24,000 nucleotides of DNA from Microvirga sp. (GTDB lineage Bacteria; Pseudomonadota; Alphaproteobacteria; Rhizobiales; Beijerinckiaceae). The notes below the pieces were generated by a model. The model made no database searches. It was not told the origin of the DNA and saw only the letters and a program-made list of their open reading frames with translations. The translations under genes were made by a program, and so were the position numbers. Positions 23,594-24,000 of the stretch are shown here, in pieces (the first letter of the stretch is position 1; the number at the start of each line of letters is the position of its first letter). Where the stretch lies: positions 124,453 through 148,452 of the forward strand of contig JAVBJU010000002.1 in NCBI GenBank assembly GCA_031546825.1. The letters run 5' to 3'.

Positions 23594-23883
23594 GACGCCT
23601 CCTGCGCGAAAACTGATTCTTTACTTAAAGCCCTTGCTGCCCGCTCGCAATCTTGAGAGGCCCCGCGGACCAACATGAATGCCCGGTATCCCCTGAGATA
23701 TGGAGCAAGAAGAGTGTTCCGCCATACCCATCGCAAACTTGCTAAACCATCCACCGACCAATGCGCCATCTGTTTTCATTTTCAACTGCCACAGGTTTGA
23801 TTCAGAAAAACCCCATGCTATTGAACACCGTCCGCTGCTTCGCGCGGGCATCATCTTTCCTGCACTCCCACGGACGTTGCATC

Positions 23884-24000
23884 GTGCCCCAAACACCAGC
23901 CACCACCCCGCTAACCCATGCCGATCTCGCCAATGCCGTGCGCGCGCTGGCCATTGATAGTGTGGAGCGGGCCAATTCCGGACACCCCGGTTTGCCGCTT
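23884..24000 (+). CDS. tkt: Transketolase, N-terminal fragment running off the window
   Basis: The frame containing gat(23923) translates to ...[29 protein letters not shown], the conserved transketolase N-terminus (ANAIRxLxMDAVxKAxSGHPGxP). The GTG at 23884 is the only in-frame start candidate nearby, so the start is uncertain. The ORF track does not list this frame. Confidence 0.7.
   Translation, partial: MPQTPATTPLTHADLANAVRALAIDSVERANSGHPGLPL

Noticed and set aside
23621-23896. 91-aa minus-strand ORF in the DUF4164/tkt intergenic region
   Set aside because: It has no RBS and its sequence is unstructured. It overlaps the probable tkt start and promoter region. The 290-nt gap is more simply a divergent promoter region.
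22913-24000. Possible functional link between the ula pathway product (D-xylulose-5-P) and the nearby transketolase gene
   Set aside because: tkt | DUF4164-zapA is a core synteny block that, by my recollection, exists independently of ula genes. The proximity is best explained by where the insertion landed.
1-24000. Looked for CRISPR arrays, IS elements or transposases, integrases, toxin-antitoxin pairs and known defence-system genes
   Set aside because: I found no spaced direct-repeat array, no terminal inverted repeats and no ORF with a recombinase, nuclease-defence or toxin signature. Every sizeable ORF that does not overlap a better-supported gene is accounted for by the genes listed.

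Overview
The window looks like chromosomal DNA from a Rhizobiales-type alphaproteobacterium. That placement is an inference from gene content and synteny, not a database hit. I support 30 protein genes, one ncRNA (a 6S RNA candidate), several intrinsic terminators and several repeated operator-like motifs. I saw no rRNA, tRNA, CRISPR array, transposase or integrase.

Two housekeeping synteny blocks are each interrupted by accessory DNA.

(1) yebC-ruvC ... ruvA (750-4135, minus strand). ruvC and ruvA are separated by an AT-richer Cys-rich orphan ORF and a ChaN/Tiki-superfamily periplasmic protein. No ruvB follows ruvA. Instead a convergent Sel1-repeat gene overlaps the ruvA 3' end.

(2) tkt | DUF4164-zapA ... 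6S RNA-5-formyl-THF cyclo-ligase-YmdB-membrane protein. About 10.6 kb (roughly 12.27-22.91 kb) sits between zapA and the 6S RNA promoter. It carries:
- a complete L-ascorbate (ula/sga) utilisation system: ulaG-ulaA-ulaB and ulaC on the minus strand, ulaD-ulaE-ulaF on the plus strand;
- its own sugar-type PTS general proteins, HPr and Enzyme I;
- a DeoR (UlaR-like) regulator;
- a TetR/NAD(P)H-quinone-oxidoreductase module.

A self-sufficient sugar PTS is atypical for this kind of host. It is the most interesting system in the window.

The remainder (4.3-10.0 kb) encodes:
- a phosphodiester glycosidase (DUF2233) and a DUF1287 protein;
- a LysR regulator divergent from a CitMHS transporter;
- a split AtuA-like pair (DUF1446 + DUF4387) of unknown biochemistry.

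All functional calls come from reading the translated ORFs against remembered family signatures. No searches were run.
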